Part shown: piece after piece, positions 16,083 to 25,248 of the stretch
How positions within the stretch are numbered: position 1 is the first letter of the stretch
How the letters are laid out: each line of letters opens with the position of its first letter
Origin: a virus
Direction: 5' to 3' (one strand)
IMG/VR virus record: IMGVR_UViG_3300014493_000001
Length of the DNA: 46,023 bases
Program-made: the position numbers and the translations under genes
Notes under the pieces: model-generated
Databases searched by the model: none
The model's input: the letters and a program-made list of their open reading frames with translations, nothing else
What the model was told of the DNA's origin: nothing

Positions 16083-16868
16083 GTGAAAACTATAAGCGAC
16101 GGCGCAAGATGTGCTTCGCTTGTCCCCGCCGCGCTGATTCTCTGCGCGATCGCGATCTCAGCGGCCCTCTGCTGGTTCATCCTCTGTCTGGCGACGACAG
16201 TAAACCAAGTGCCGCACCAGATGACGGCCATTCGGCAAGCCACCCTGCAGCAACTGACGACGCTTGAGGCCGACTCGCTCAAGCTGATCGATAAACAAGC
16301 CAGCGGGATTCGGCAGGACGCGAGCAAACAGATCACGGGCATCCGCACGGATGTTATGACCCAGCTCAGCACCACTGTGGACGTCTTCAACGCTCGTACC
16401 CTGGAAGCGCTCGGCAAGCTCGATCCGGCCCAAAAGGATCTCGACAAGCTCACTAATTCGACAGTGCGCGATCTGGACAGCGCGCGCATGGACCTCGATG
16501 GCATACAGATGCAGTTACGCCCCACGCTACAGAACCTGGCCACGGCCACAGGGAAGGCCTCAGACATCGCCACGCACATCGACGATGCTTTACCGCCGTT
16601 CACGGACTGCGCATATCTAGACGACTCGGGCAGCCCCATAGGCGGCAACCCGGATTGCGTGTTCAACCGCTACCAGGGTGCGAGCAAGGCTTTCGAAAAC
16701 ACCATGATCGCCATCGGCAAGGCGGCGCCCGGGGTGAGCACCTCGGCGGAGGGCATTTCGCAATCGGTGGCGAAAGAGGCCGCCTCACTGACTAAACCCC
16801 AAACATTCTGGCAAGGCTTCAAAAGCTGGCTGCTGATTATCAGCCGGTGCATCGGATTCTTTTTGTAA
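16083..16868 (+). CDS. Membrane-anchored coiled-coil protein (lysis-associated?)
   Basis: GTG start with AAGGAA 7 nt upstream. It has an N-terminal TM (LVPAALILCAIAISAALCWFILCL), a long helical region, and a C-terminal hydrophobic tail. Confidence 0.55.
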   Translation: MKTISDGARCASLVPAALILCAIAISAALCWFILCLATTVNQVPHQMTAIRQATLQQLTTLEADSLKLIDKQASGIRQDASKQITGIRTDVMTQLSTTVDVFNARTLEALGKLDPAQKDLDKLTNSTVRDLDSARMDLDGIQMQLRPTLQNLATATGKASDIATHIDDALPPFTDCAYLDDSGSPIGGNPDCVFNRYQGASKAFENTMIAIGKAAPGVSTSAEGISQSVAKEAASLTKPQTFWQGFKSWLLIISRCIGFFL

Positions 16869-16883
16869 AAGGAACAAACACTC

Positions 16884-17225
16884 ATGACGATCACAAACGC
16901 ATTCACCACAGCATGGAAAGACCTCAAGGCCGGCGCCGCCAAGGTCGATTCCTTTCTGAACCAGAACAGCGCCACGATCCAGGGCGCCATCGCTGAAGGC
17001 AGCGCCGTGGCCGTGGCTGCCGGCGTTCCCGCCGCGGCGGTCACTTCGTTCGATTCTCTGGAGGAAGTGGTAATGGCCAAGGTTGCCGCGGCCGCGCAGG
17101 ACACCGCGAACACCTCCAGCCTCACCGCCTTGTTAGGCGATGCCCTGCCGGCGGTGCAGTCGGTCTCCACGCTACTGAAGACGCACCCCACGGTGGCCAC
17201 CGTTACGGCCGCGCTCAAAAGCTAA
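16884..17225 (+). CDS. Ala-rich hypothetical protein
   Basis: 113-aa ORF with SD AAAGGAAC. Confidence 0.5.
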   Translation: MTITNAFTTAWKDLKAGAAKVDSFLNQNSATIQGAIAEGSAVAVAAGVPAAAVTSFDSLEEVVMAKVAAAAQDTANTSSLTALLGDALPAVQSVSTLLKTHPTVATVTAALKS

Positions 17226-17229
17226 ATTT

Positions 17230-17421
17230 ATGTCCGGCTTCATGCTCACCATCGCCGCGTGCCTCGAGCGTGAGGCCGGATACTGCCTGATCTCGCTCGC
17301 GGTGATCAGCGCCGGCGTGCGCTTTATGGACCCATCGCAACGGGCACAGGTGGGGCACGACCTGGTCGTTTTCGGAATGGGAGTGCTCGCCAGGTCGATG
17401 GGAGCCAATAAACCAACATGA
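17230..17421 (+). CDS. Holin-like small membrane protein
   Basis: 63 aa with two or three hydrophobic segments. It lies immediately upstream of the endolysin and overlaps it. Confidence 0.45.
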   Translation: MSGFMLTIAACLEREAGYCLISLAVISAGVRFMDPSQRAQVGHDLVVFGMGVLARSMGANKPT

Positions 17422-17861
17422 GAACCTCGCCGGCCGGCCGCGCCCTGATCCAAGCGGCTGAAAGCTGCAAACTCGAAGCGTATCCCGACCCCGGCGTAGG
17501 GTGGAAGCTGCCGACCATCGGCTGGGGGCACACCGGCCCCGACGTAGTCCGCGGGCTGAAGATCGGCCAGGCAATCGCGGATGAGCTCTTCGATAGCGAT
17601 GTGCTGGCCAAGGAGGGCCTGGTCCTGGCGGCAGTCCACCGCGCGCCTCTCACTCAAGGGCAGTTCGACGCCCTGGTGAGTTTCGCATACAACTGCGCGG
17701 GATGGCAGAATTCGACCCTGGTTCGGATGGTCAATGAAGGCAACTTCACGGCGGCGGCCGATGAGTTCCCGAAGTGGTGCCATGCCGATGGCCGAGTACT
17801 GCCTGGCCTCGTTACCAGGCGCGCTGCAGAGCGGGCCATGTTCCTCGGGGAGGCAGCGTGA
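17418..17861 (+). CDS. Endolysin, GH24 (T4/lambda-type) lysozyme
   Basis: LIQAAESCKLEAYPDPGVGWKLPTIGWGHTG and QGQFDALVSFAYNCAG. Confidence 0.85.
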   Translation: MRTSPAGRALIQAAESCKLEAYPDPGVGWKLPTIGWGHTGPDVVRGLKIGQAIADELFDSDVLAKEGLVLAAVHRAPLTQGQFDALVSFAYNCAGWQNSTLVRMVNEGNFTAAADEFPKWCHADGRVLPGLVTRRAAERAMFLGEAA

Positions 17862-18070
17862 AGAAACGCCGCGGCACCATTTGCCTCTCGCTTGAGGCGC
17901 TCCGGTGTCTCCTGCATTTACGCGAGGGCATCACTGTTACCGGAGCTGCGTATTCCGCCGAAGCGGAGACGGTCGAGTTTTACCTGACCGGCGAATCGCT
18001 GCGCCTGACCGGTCGGCGGGAGCACCCGGAGCGCTTTCCTTTGACCGGACTAATGGAAGACTTCGAATGA
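17858..18070 (+). CDS. Hypothetical protein
   Basis: GTG start with GGGGAGG upstream (GTGA overlap). 70 aa. Confidence 0.45.
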   Translation: MKKRRGTICLSLEALRCLLHLREGITVTGAAYSAEAETVEFYLTGESLRLTGRREHPERFPLTGLMEDFE

Positions 18071-18420
18071 CCCCGGCCTTCATCGAGACGTTTGTCTGCA
18101 ACTGGTGCCAACGCTCTCGGCCCAAGTTCCGGATCCACCGTTTGCACTCGAAACAAATCATCTGCGACTATTGCCTCGACTGGCAGCAGCACGCCCTCGA
18201 CGTGCTCGCCGGCGAGACGCCGCGCGGGTGCCAGGGATGCGTGAAGACCTGGGGGCAACTGAGCGCCGAGACGCCGGGCGAACAGGTGCGGATGTACGTC
18301 GTCCCCAAGGACGGCATCTATCAGCTGCTTTGCAAGGCGTGCGTCAAGCCATACCTGCCGAAGACCTCCGAGCTCTATAAGGGGACGCAATTCGGCGCCG
18401 AGACTTTAAAGTTACTTTGA
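18067..18420 (+). CDS. Cys-rich zinc-binding protein
   Basis: Four CxxC pairs: CNWC, CDYC, CQGC, CKAC. Confidence 0.55.
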   Translation: MTPAFIETFVCNWCQRSRPKFRIHRLHSKQIICDYCLDWQQHALDVLAGETPRGCQGCVKTWGQLSAETPGEQVRMYVVPKDGIYQLLCKACVKPYLPKTSELYKGTQFGAETLKLL

Positions 18421-18432
18421 GAGGAAAATTCT

Positions 18433-18723
18433 ATGCCACACGATGCGAACGGAAATCTACTGAAACCGGGAGACCTGGTGAACATTCCAGGCACAGTGCT
18501 GTCGGTACGACCGGGCGACTATTGCACCTGCGAGGTCCAGCTCGATTACCCAATGCCGCCGTACACAACCAAGACGACAGTCTCGGCGATCAACGCCGCT
18601 CAGGTGGTGAAACGCGTTGGGGGCAAAATCTACGCCTGTGAATGCCGGGCATCCGGAGCGGATGACCTTCCGGACTACTGCTCCGAGCACCCGGAGTCCT
18701 CTGAGCCGAAGCAAATTCTATGA
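18433..18723 (+). CDS. Hypothetical protein
   Basis: 96-aa ORF with SD GAGAGGAAAA. Confidence 0.55.
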   Translation: MPHDANGNLLKPGDLVNIPGTVLSVRPGDYCTCEVQLDYPMPPYTTKTTVSAINAAQVVKRVGGKIYACECRASGADDLPDYCSEHPESSEPKQIL

Positions 18724-19499
18724 CAACCGAACCCGTAGCCCCTACCACCGTTTCCCCGGCCGCGGCACCGCTCGCCGCGGGAACTCCCCAGACACCCACG
18801 GTCGACGCCGCGGCGCTGCAGCAGCAGATCGACGATCTGAAAACCGCGGCCGCGGAAAGCAAACGTACCGCGGAATTCTGGTATAACAAGGCCACCGAAA
18901 AGCCGGCCCCCGCGGCGGCGTCGACACCGGCCGCCGAAACGGAGCCCGAGGTCGACGTCCTCGACCTGGCGACGAAAGGCGGCAAGGCCTTCGAGCGCTA
19001 CATGGAGACTTGGGCCAAAAAGGCCGGTTTCGTCAAGGGAGACGAGATGGCCCAGGCCATCTCGCAGAAAGCCCAGGAGCTGGCCAAGCAAGGCGAGCTC
19101 GTCGCCAAGTATCCCGACCTCAAAAAAAACGATTCCGAGTTTTTTAAGTCCACCGCGCTCGAATACGGCTCCCTCAAAAAGCAGGGCGTCGGCGAAGCGC
19201 TCGCTATGGAAATGGCCGCCGAGCGGGTCGAGCTCCGCTTCCTGCGCGAGGGCAAGACCAAGACGCCGGCGCAGATTCAATCCGACAAGGAAGAGGCCAG
19301 GCGCACACGGGCCGCCGCCGGCGCCGGCGATCGCAACCACCGCGCGGCAGAACGGCCCGACGAAGAAGACACCGAAATGACGGACGAGCAAAAGCAGATC
19401 GCCATCCGCATGCTGGTGGACGACGACACGACACCCGAACAGGCCATCGAGAAGTATAAGGCCCGCGCTACTAAAGGCGTGGCAATGAGGCTCAAATAA
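18720..19499 (+). CDS. Scaffolding-like protein
   Basis: Ala/Pro-rich N-terminus followed by a charged helical region. It lies upstream of the capsid genes. Assigned by position and composition only. Confidence 0.45.
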   Translation: MTTEPVAPTTVSPAAAPLAAGTPQTPTVDAAALQQQIDDLKTAAAESKRTAEFWYNKATEKPAPAAASTPAAETEPEVDVLDLATKGGKAFERYMETWAKKAGFVKGDEMAQAISQKAQELAKQGELVAKYPDLKKNDSEFFKSTALEYGSLKKQGVGEALAMEMAAERVELRFLREGKTKTPAQIQSDKEEARRTRAAAGAGDRNHRAAERPDEEDTEMTDEQKQIAIRMLVDDDTTPEQAIEKYKARATKGVAMRLK

Positions 19500-20413
19500 T
19501 GCCGAGACCTACACGAAGAGCGCCCGATCCGGCGCAGGCCGCCAACGAGAAAGTACTCGCCGATCGCCAGGCGCGACTCGACGCACAGATGAAAGAAATC
19601 CCGGACCTGGGACTCGGCCTGAAGGACGAAGGCCCCAAGGACGCTAACGAGTTCTTTGCGGGGCTCGACACGTGGGACAAACAGGCATTCGGCAACCCGG
19701 CGACTACGACCGTACGGTGGGTCTACGGCCCAAGTCCGTTGATCGACGGCTGCCCACACATGCTTGCGCTGGTAGAGCGCGAGGGATTGGAAGCGACCGC
19801 GGAACTCTTCCGCAAGACGATCCTGCTCAAGCAGCATGAGGCAGTCGGCGACGAGATCCTCCGCCGCGGCATTTTCCACGGCATCAAACGCTTCGGCGTG
19901 GAGAAAGTCGCGCAGGCCTTCGCCGATCAGATCCTCCAGATCCCGCGCAAGCAAGTGGAGTACGAGACCGGCCCGGAGGAATTCGGAGACCCGCTCTTGC
20001 TGGGCGGCAACGTCCTCCGCGAGGTGGTGATGAAGCACGGCAACCGTCCGGGCATGAGCTACCGCTTTATGTCGGAGCGGTGTATCGCAGTCCTGGGCAT
20101 GCGCGGGTACACCCTGGTGAAAGACGAAAAAGGCGAGCTCGCCAAGGCCGGCACTCTCCTGCTGGCCGAGATCCCGGCGGCGATCGCGGCGGGGCGCGCG
20201 CGCCACTACCGCGACCAATCGCAGCAGCTGGTGAGGGACGCGGAAGACGAGTACATGGCGAAGACCGAGCAGCTCCTCGCCTCTGCGGGGCGCGTGGGCG
20301 CGGGTTCGAGACCCTTGCGCGCCAATGAAGTGATCCACGGCAACGCCAGCGAGAGACAGGAACTGGTGGGCGCGGATCTCTCGATGGGCATCCACTTTTC
20401 CGACAAGCCGTAA
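19499..20413 (+). CDS. Head-module protein of unknown function
   Basis: 304-aa ORF with a TAATG overlap to the upstream gene. Confidence 0.6.
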   Translation: MPRPTRRAPDPAQAANEKVLADRQARLDAQMKEIPDLGLGLKDEGPKDANEFFAGLDTWDKQAFGNPATTTVRWVYGPSPLIDGCPHMLALVEREGLEATAELFRKTILLKQHEAVGDEILRRGIFHGIKRFGVEKVAQAFADQILQIPRKQVEYETGPEEFGDPLLLGGNVLREVVMKHGNRPGMSYRFMSERCIAVLGMRGYTLVKDEKGELAKAGTLLLAEIPAAIAAGRARHYRDQSQQLVRDAEDEYMAKTEQLLASAGRVGAGSRPLRANEVIHGNASERQELVGADLSMGIHFSDKP

Positions 20414-20443
20414 AAAGTTTCCTCCTGTTGGGCGAATAACCAC
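20411..20443 (+). promoter_or_regulatory. Sigma-28-type promoter candidate for the capsid genes (box copy b)
   Basis: TAAAAAGTTT (20411..20420), 10 nt, then GGCGAATAACCAC (20431..20443). Compare the E. coli FliA consensus TAAAGTTT-N11-GCCGATAA. GGGGGGA SD and GTG 20466 lie downstream. Confidence 0.55.
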
Positions 20444-20465
20444 TCAGCAGGGGGGACTTTTCTAA

Positions 20466-21038
20466 GTGGCAAATCCTAACAACCCGTTCGGCTTCCGGCC
20501 GATCAGTCGTTTCGGCGGCGCGCCGTTCAGTTGCACGGAATACGGCAAGCCCGCAACCGACACGCATACGCTCTTCGCTTTCGACATCGTCCAGAAAGTC
20601 ACCGGCGCGGTCGCGATCCCCGAGTCTCCTATCGGGTACAACGTCCCGACCTGCCAGACCGGATACAACGGCACGCCGGGGACTACGCTCTGGCTGGGGG
20701 CTGCGCTCAACTACGGCCTACTCTCGACTCTCACCGTGCACATGGTGACCGATGAGCAGGATGTCATCTACATGGCGATGTGCGACGCCACCAATCCGAT
20801 GACGACTGCCTCGTACATCGGCAAAAACGCCAACATCAATATCGCTTACAACACGGGGAGCCTGTCGACCAAACAGTCGGGCATGACCGTGAACACCACC
20901 GGCATTGCGACCACCGCGACCCTCGATCTGAGGTTGACGCGCGTGTCGATGATCACGCCGAACCTGGAAGGCACCAACGCGATTGTCGAGTGCCTGATCA
21001 ACAAGCACCAGTTCGCTCAGGGTTCGGTGGGCGTCTAG
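20466..21038 (+). CDS. Capsid decoration/cement-like protein
   Basis: 190 aa, Thr/Asn/Gly-rich and beta-rich, directly upstream of the major capsid gene. The functional call rests on position. Confidence 0.5.
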   Translation: MANPNNPFGFRPISRFGGAPFSCTEYGKPATDTHTLFAFDIVQKVTGAVAIPESPIGYNVPTCQTGYNGTPGTTLWLGAALNYGLLSTLTVHMVTDEQDVIYMAMCDATNPMTTASYIGKNANINIAYNTGSLSTKQSGMTVNTTGIATTATLDLRLTRVSMITPNLEGTNAIVECLINKHQFAQGSVGV

Positions 21039-21110
21039 TAGCAGAGGTTTTGAGAGGGCGGCAGCCGGCCAGAGAGCAGGCGCCGCCCGAAAGTTTCGGA
21101 GGGGCTTTAG

Positions 21111-22043
21111 ATGTTTATCAGAACGTTATTCCCGGACCTGTTCCTGCAGAGCATGCTCCCGGCGATCGACGAAGTTGTCATGACGAAGTACTCCCGCTTC
21201 CCCGACGAGTTCGTCGACGTTTTCCGCATGGAGTCCAGCTCGCGCTCCATCGAGCAGACCACGGAAGTCACGGGCTTCGGGCAGTTCGCGCTCATCCCGG
21301 AAAACGACACCACGCGCTACGACGACGCGTTGCCAGGGTTCAACAAGACCTACGTCCATGCGCAGTACGGCCTGGGCTTCAAGATGTCGAAAGTGTCCCT
21401 GGACGACGACAAGTTTGGCGTGACGCGCAAGCTCGCGACCGAACTCGGGCGCTCGGCCAAGGAAACCAAGGAAGTCACCGCGGCCAACGTGTTCAATTCG
21501 GGCTTCTCCTACGACACCGGAACTACCAACGGACCGGACGGCCAGCCCCTGTTCTCCACCGCCCACCCGCTCATCGGCGGCGGAACGCAGACCAACAAGC
21601 TCTCTTATGCCACCGATCCCGACGTCACCAGCATTCAGTTGGCGTTGACGGATATGCGGCAGACGGTCGATCACCGCGGCAAGCGGCTGCGGATCCCCTC
21701 GAAGAAAGCCATCTTTCCGCCCACTCTGGAATTCGTGGGAGCGGAACTGTTGGGCGGTTCGGACCGCGCCGACACGGCCAACCGCACCATCAACGCTTTC
21801 CGGCACCGCTCGGGCATGCCCAGCTTCGACTCCTGGATGGTGTGGGACTATTTGACCGACCCGCACGCCTGGTTCCTCGAGGGCGAGAAGTCGGACACCG
21901 AGCTGCGCTTCTACGAGCGCGAGGCCTTCCACACCGTGCACGACATCGATTTCGATTCGCGTTCGGTCAAGACGGCCGGCTGGATGCGCTTCAGCGTGGG
22001 CTTTAACGGCTTCTACGGCATTTACGGAGTCCCCAGCCAATAA
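21111..22043 (+). CDS. Major capsid protein (HK97-fold, Mu gpT-like family)
   Basis: 310 aa with SD GGAGGGG. Motifs PLFSTAHPLIGGGTQTN, LRIPSKKAIFPPTLEFVGAELL and DPHAWFL. The size and pattern are typical of this family. Confidence 0.8.
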   Translation: MFIRTLFPDLFLQSMLPAIDEVVMTKYSRFPDEFVDVFRMESSSRSIEQTTEVTGFGQFALIPENDTTRYDDALPGFNKTYVHAQYGLGFKMSKVSLDDDKFGVTRKLATELGRSAKETKEVTAANVFNSGFSYDTGTTNGPDGQPLFSTAHPLIGGGTQTNKLSYATDPDVTSIQLALTDMRQTVDHRGKRLRIPSKKAIFPPTLEFVGAELLGGSDRADTANRTINAFRHRSGMPSFDSWMVWDYLTDPHAWFLEGEKSDTELRFYEREAFHTVHDIDFDSRSVKTAGWMRFSVGFNGFYGIYGVPSQ

Positions 22044-22072
22044 GGGCCAGGGGCAGCCGCTAAGGAGAATCC

Positions 22073-22600
22073 ATGGCTCTCATTCCTCAGAAAACGCGCC
22101 CCGCGTCGACCAACGTCACGCGGGAGCGCATCGGACCCACGCGGGTACCGAAAGACCGGTCCATCCTGGCGATGTGCGCGCCCAACCCCGCCAACAAGAG
22201 CACCAACACTTCGAACAACCAGGTGCAGATGGTCGACTGCATTCTTACCGCGACCTACTCGCCAGCGGCGGCCCCCACCCAGTTAACCGGCATCACCACG
22301 CACTCGCTCGCCATGTGGAATATCACGGCAAGCGAGGCCGGCCACGCGCCCGACTACTTCCCCGGCGACATCTGGGAATTCCTCAGCCAGGACAACGTGA
22401 ACGGCGCCACCACCGACGCATTGACCAACTCCGGGCTGCTCTGCCTGGGCATCTATGTCCTCGGGACCGGCCCATACGATCTCGGGATGCTGCTGTACAA
22501 CAACACCGCAGGCACTCTATCGACGCCGGCGGCGTACCTCCCTACGCTGTTCGTTTCGCGCTTCACGAACCTGTGCAGCGATCCGAATCCGATTTATTAA
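22073..22600 (+). CDS. Virion structural protein (unknown)
   Basis: 175-aa ORF with SD AAGGAG. Confidence 0.6.
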   Translation: MALIPQKTRPASTNVTRERIGPTRVPKDRSILAMCAPNPANKSTNTSNNQVQMVDCILTATYSPAAAPTQLTGITTHSLAMWNITASEAGHAPDYFPGDIWEFLSQDNVNGATTDALTNSGLLCLGIYVLGTGPYDLGMLLYNNTAGTLSTPAAYLPTLFVSRFTNLCSDPNPIY

Positions 22601-22609
22601 GGGGGTTGA

Positions 22610-23053
22610 ATGCCTTTCGACCTCAGAATTCAGCAACGGAATGTCTTCCCCTCGACGGCCTGCACGGCCGCCGGGGGGCCCTACTTCTCCGTCACTCACA
22701 AATCGACCGTGGGGAAGGGCATCCGGCTGTACATCACCACTTCGCTGGTGACTCTCTCGACCGCTCCGGACTCGATATCTCTTTGCGCGATGCCTCCGAA
22801 CGGCGGCGCCGCGGTGCCGATCGCCACGCTCTCCGGTCCTACTGCCGGCGGCAACCTGACCGTGGCGGGAACTTACGTCTTCGATTTCTATCCCGGCTCC
22901 ACCACTTCGCAGGTGCCTCCTGGCACCGGTAGCGCGGTGACGTTCGCCGGCGGCATTGTGGCCATCTCGATTCCGTTGCAATGGCAGATCAAGATCGCGC
23001 TCGGTACCGGCGGCGCGGCCACCATCGCGATCGACGCCGAGATTCTGCCCTAA
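22610..23053 (+). CDS. Virion structural protein (unknown)
   Basis: 147-aa ORF with SD AAGGGGG. It is followed by the palindrome GCCGCCCATGGGCGGC (23061..23076). Confidence 0.6.
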   Translation: MPFDLRIQQRNVFPSTACTAAGGPYFSVTHKSTVGKGIRLYITTSLVTLSTAPDSISLCAMPPNGGAAVPIATLSGPTAGGNLTVAGTYVFDFYPGSTTSQVPPGTGSAVTFAGGIVAISIPLQWQIKIALGTGGAATIAIDAEILP

Positions 23054-23108
23054 TGGAACGGCCGCCCATGGGCGGCTAGTCCCTGGGCGCGCCGGCGAAA
23101 AGCCAGGT

Positions 23109-24419
23109 ATGAGGATTCGCTCCGCACCCCTCCTGCTCCTAGCGATCGCCGCCGGCGCATTCGGCCAGGCCATCAGTAACCCCGGCTCGCCCAGCAGCAA
23201 TCCGTTTCAGACCAATGTCTCGACCGCTTACCTGTACTTCAACAAGGTGCACTACGCCGGCGCCTGGTCGAGCTCGACGACTTACAACTCCCAGGACCTG
23301 GCACTCTATAGCGGGGCGAGTTACATCAGCCTGCAGGCGCTCAACACGGGCAACAATCCGGCGGCGGCGCCGCTCTGGTGGATCGCGCTGCCGGGCAGCG
23401 GCGGCTCGGGCAACGTGGTCTTGACGACGGGATCGGGAGCGCCCTCGGCGAACTGTACGGCGCCATCGACGTCGAACCTGGCTGTCTATCTAGACAGCAC
23501 CAACAACGATGAGTGGTGGTGCTATGCCACCAACGCCTGGAAGAAAACTCTCAGCGTTACGGGCAGCGGGCCTTTCCAGATGACGGGGGAGGTTGGCTCT
23601 CTGCCGAGTACGCCGGCATCGGGGAGCGTCAGTTGTGTCTTCCTGGCATCGTCTGCCCTGGTGTGCGTCGATGCGAGCGGCAACGACTGGACGATGTTGC
23701 CCCCCGGCGCGACGGCCATCGCCAACGCCACCACGGGCAATGCGGGCACGGCCACCGCCCTGGCATCGGCGCCATCGCTTTGCAGCACGGGCAACGCGCC
23801 CACCGGCGTGCTGGCAAATGGCGATGCCACCGGATGCGCGGCGATCGGCGGCGGTGGAGGCGGATCGTCGCTGAAGGGAACCATCTCCCTCCCTACGAGC
23901 CTGCTGGCTAGCGGGGCCTGCCTGGCGGCGACGCCAGTTACCGGCACCGGCATCGCCACTTCCGACACGATCGCCATCAGCTTCAGCGCGGACCCAACAT
24001 CCACCACTGGCTATATCGCCCCGTCGATGTTGTCGTTCATCCCTTTTCCTACAGCCAACACCGTCAACGTGAAGGTGTGCAACAACACCTCGGCAGCCAT
24101 CACTCCCGGGGCCATCACGCTCAATTGGGCAGTGGGCGCGCGAACGGTCGCCAGCGGCACGGCAACGCTCGGGACTTCTGCAATCGCGAGCGGTGCGTGC
24201 GCGGCCCCGGTTACCGTCGCCAACGCGGCCATCGCTACCACCAACGTCATCTCAGCCACTTTCAATGGAGACCCGACATCCAGCGCGGGCTACCTGCCGG
24301 GAGCGATGTTGTCGATCATTTCATACCCCACAGCCGGGAACGCGAACTTTAAGGTCTGCAACAACACGGCCAGCTCGATCACCCCCAGCGCGGCCACCCT
24401 GAATTGGAGTGCCCAATGA
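23109..24419 (+). CDS. Sec-signal-bearing fibre-like protein with two tandem 84-aa domains
   Basis: MRIRSAPLLLLAIAAGAFGQA signal peptide. Fibre-type motif YSGASYISLQALNTGNNPAAAPLWW. The repeated domains lie at 23877..24128 and 24156..24407. Confidence 0.65.
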   Translation: MRIRSAPLLLLAIAAGAFGQAISNPGSPSSNPFQTNVSTAYLYFNKVHYAGAWSSSTTYNSQDLALYSGASYISLQALNTGNNPAAAPLWWIALPGSGGSGNVVLTTGSGAPSANCTAPSTSNLAVYLDSTNNDEWWCYATNAWKKTLSVTGSGPFQMTGEVGSLPSTPASGSVSCVFLASSALVCVDASGNDWTMLPPGATAIANATTGNAGTATALASAPSLCSTGNAPTGVLANGDATGCAAIGGGGGGSSLKGTISLPTSLLASGACLAATPVTGTGIATSDTIAISFSADPTSTTGYIAPSMLSFIPFPTANTVNVKVCNNTSAAITPGAITLNWAVGARTVASGTATLGTSAIASGACAAPVTVANAAIATTNVISATFNGDPTSSAGYLPGAMLSIISYPTAGNANFKVCNNTASSITPSAATLNWSAQ

Positions 24420-25144
24420 TGAAGCGTCTAGTCCTCACAGCAGCTTGCCTGGCCTTGGCAGCCGGCGCACAGATTTATCCAGGACCTGGAATGCCTATGG
24501 GGGGCAGCAGCATTGCCCTCGTCTCTCACGGGTACATAAACAGTGGCGGGGCGATTGTTACCCCAGGCTGGGTCACCATCAATTCCACCGGTGCGAACTT
24601 CATTGTAGTTCTGGAGACCCTTTACCAGAACGCTACCGTGGCCCCATCAGACAGCAACTCGAACACTTGGGCGCAATGCGGGTCCGACTACATCAGCATC
24701 GCCAATAACAACTTCCACATCGGGATATGGTATGCGGCCCACGCAACAGTGGGCACCAGTCATGGTATTGGCTTAAGCGGTCCGACATCGTATTCCAGCA
24801 TCTACGTGGCGTCGTTCAGCGGCTTAACTTCCTCTCCCTGCACGGCTGCAACCAACGGAACTACAGGTGGAGGGTCACCAGCGGCAACGTTGCAGCCCGG
24901 TTCTATCACGCCGGTATCCAACGGATCATTGATAGTCACCGGGGATTTGGCGTATAACGGGTCTGGGACAGGGTCGTCCACCATCAACTCGGGATTCACA
25001 GTAACAGATTCCGGCAGCACCAACACTGGGTTCGCATATGGGGGTCTTGCATATCTTGTGCAAGGAACGGGAGCGGCAATCAACCCTACTTGGTCTCAGG
25101 CAGATGCCGAGTTATTGGGGGCAATTCAGGTGGCCTTTAAATGA
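24416..25144 (+). CDS. Sec-signal-bearing beta-rich protein (possible receptor-binding/lectin-like), lower GC than its neighbours
   Basis: MMKRLVLTAACLALAAGAQ signal peptide. My hand counts of 60-nt blocks gave 50-60% GC, against 67-70% in the flanking genes. Confidence 0.65.
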   Translation: MMKRLVLTAACLALAAGAQIYPGPGMPMGGSSIALVSHGYINSGGAIVTPGWVTINSTGANFIVVLETLYQNATVAPSDSNSNTWAQCGSDYISIANNNFHIGIWYAAHATVGTSHGIGLSGPTSYSSIYVASFSGLTSSPCTAATNGTTGGGSPAATLQPGSITPVSNGSLIVTGDLAYNGSGTGSSTINSGFTVTDSGSTNTGFAYGGLAYLVQGTGAAINPTWSQADAELLGAIQVAFK

Positions 25145-25248
25145 AGCGGGTTATCTTATTGCTAGTGTCGGTGTGCGAAGCTGATCGTCCAATCCGCATC
25201 GAACGGCTCCGCGGTGGGGACGGTGGGATTTTGAGTTTCAAGCCATAA
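25141..25248 (+). CDS. Possible 35-aa mini-ORF
   Basis: ATGA overlap with the upstream stop. Hydrophobic N-terminus MKRVILLLVSVC. Too short to be confident. Confidence 0.2.
   Translation: MKRVILLLVSVCEADRPIRIERLRGGDGGILSFKP

Noticed and set aside
20290-20325. tRNA-like T-arm GGGTTCGAGACCC. Weaker TTCGA-type strings occur near 811 and 2806.
   Set aside because: I could not build an acceptor stem, D-arm or anticodon arm around them. All lie inside well-supported CDSs or shadow sequence.
23061-23076. Palindrome GCCGCCCATGGGCGGC, and the hairpin GGGCGGC...GCCGCCC at 21056..21088, as rho-independent terminators.
   Set aside because: Neither is followed by a U-tract. They may modulate transcription or mRNA stability, but I cannot support a terminator call.
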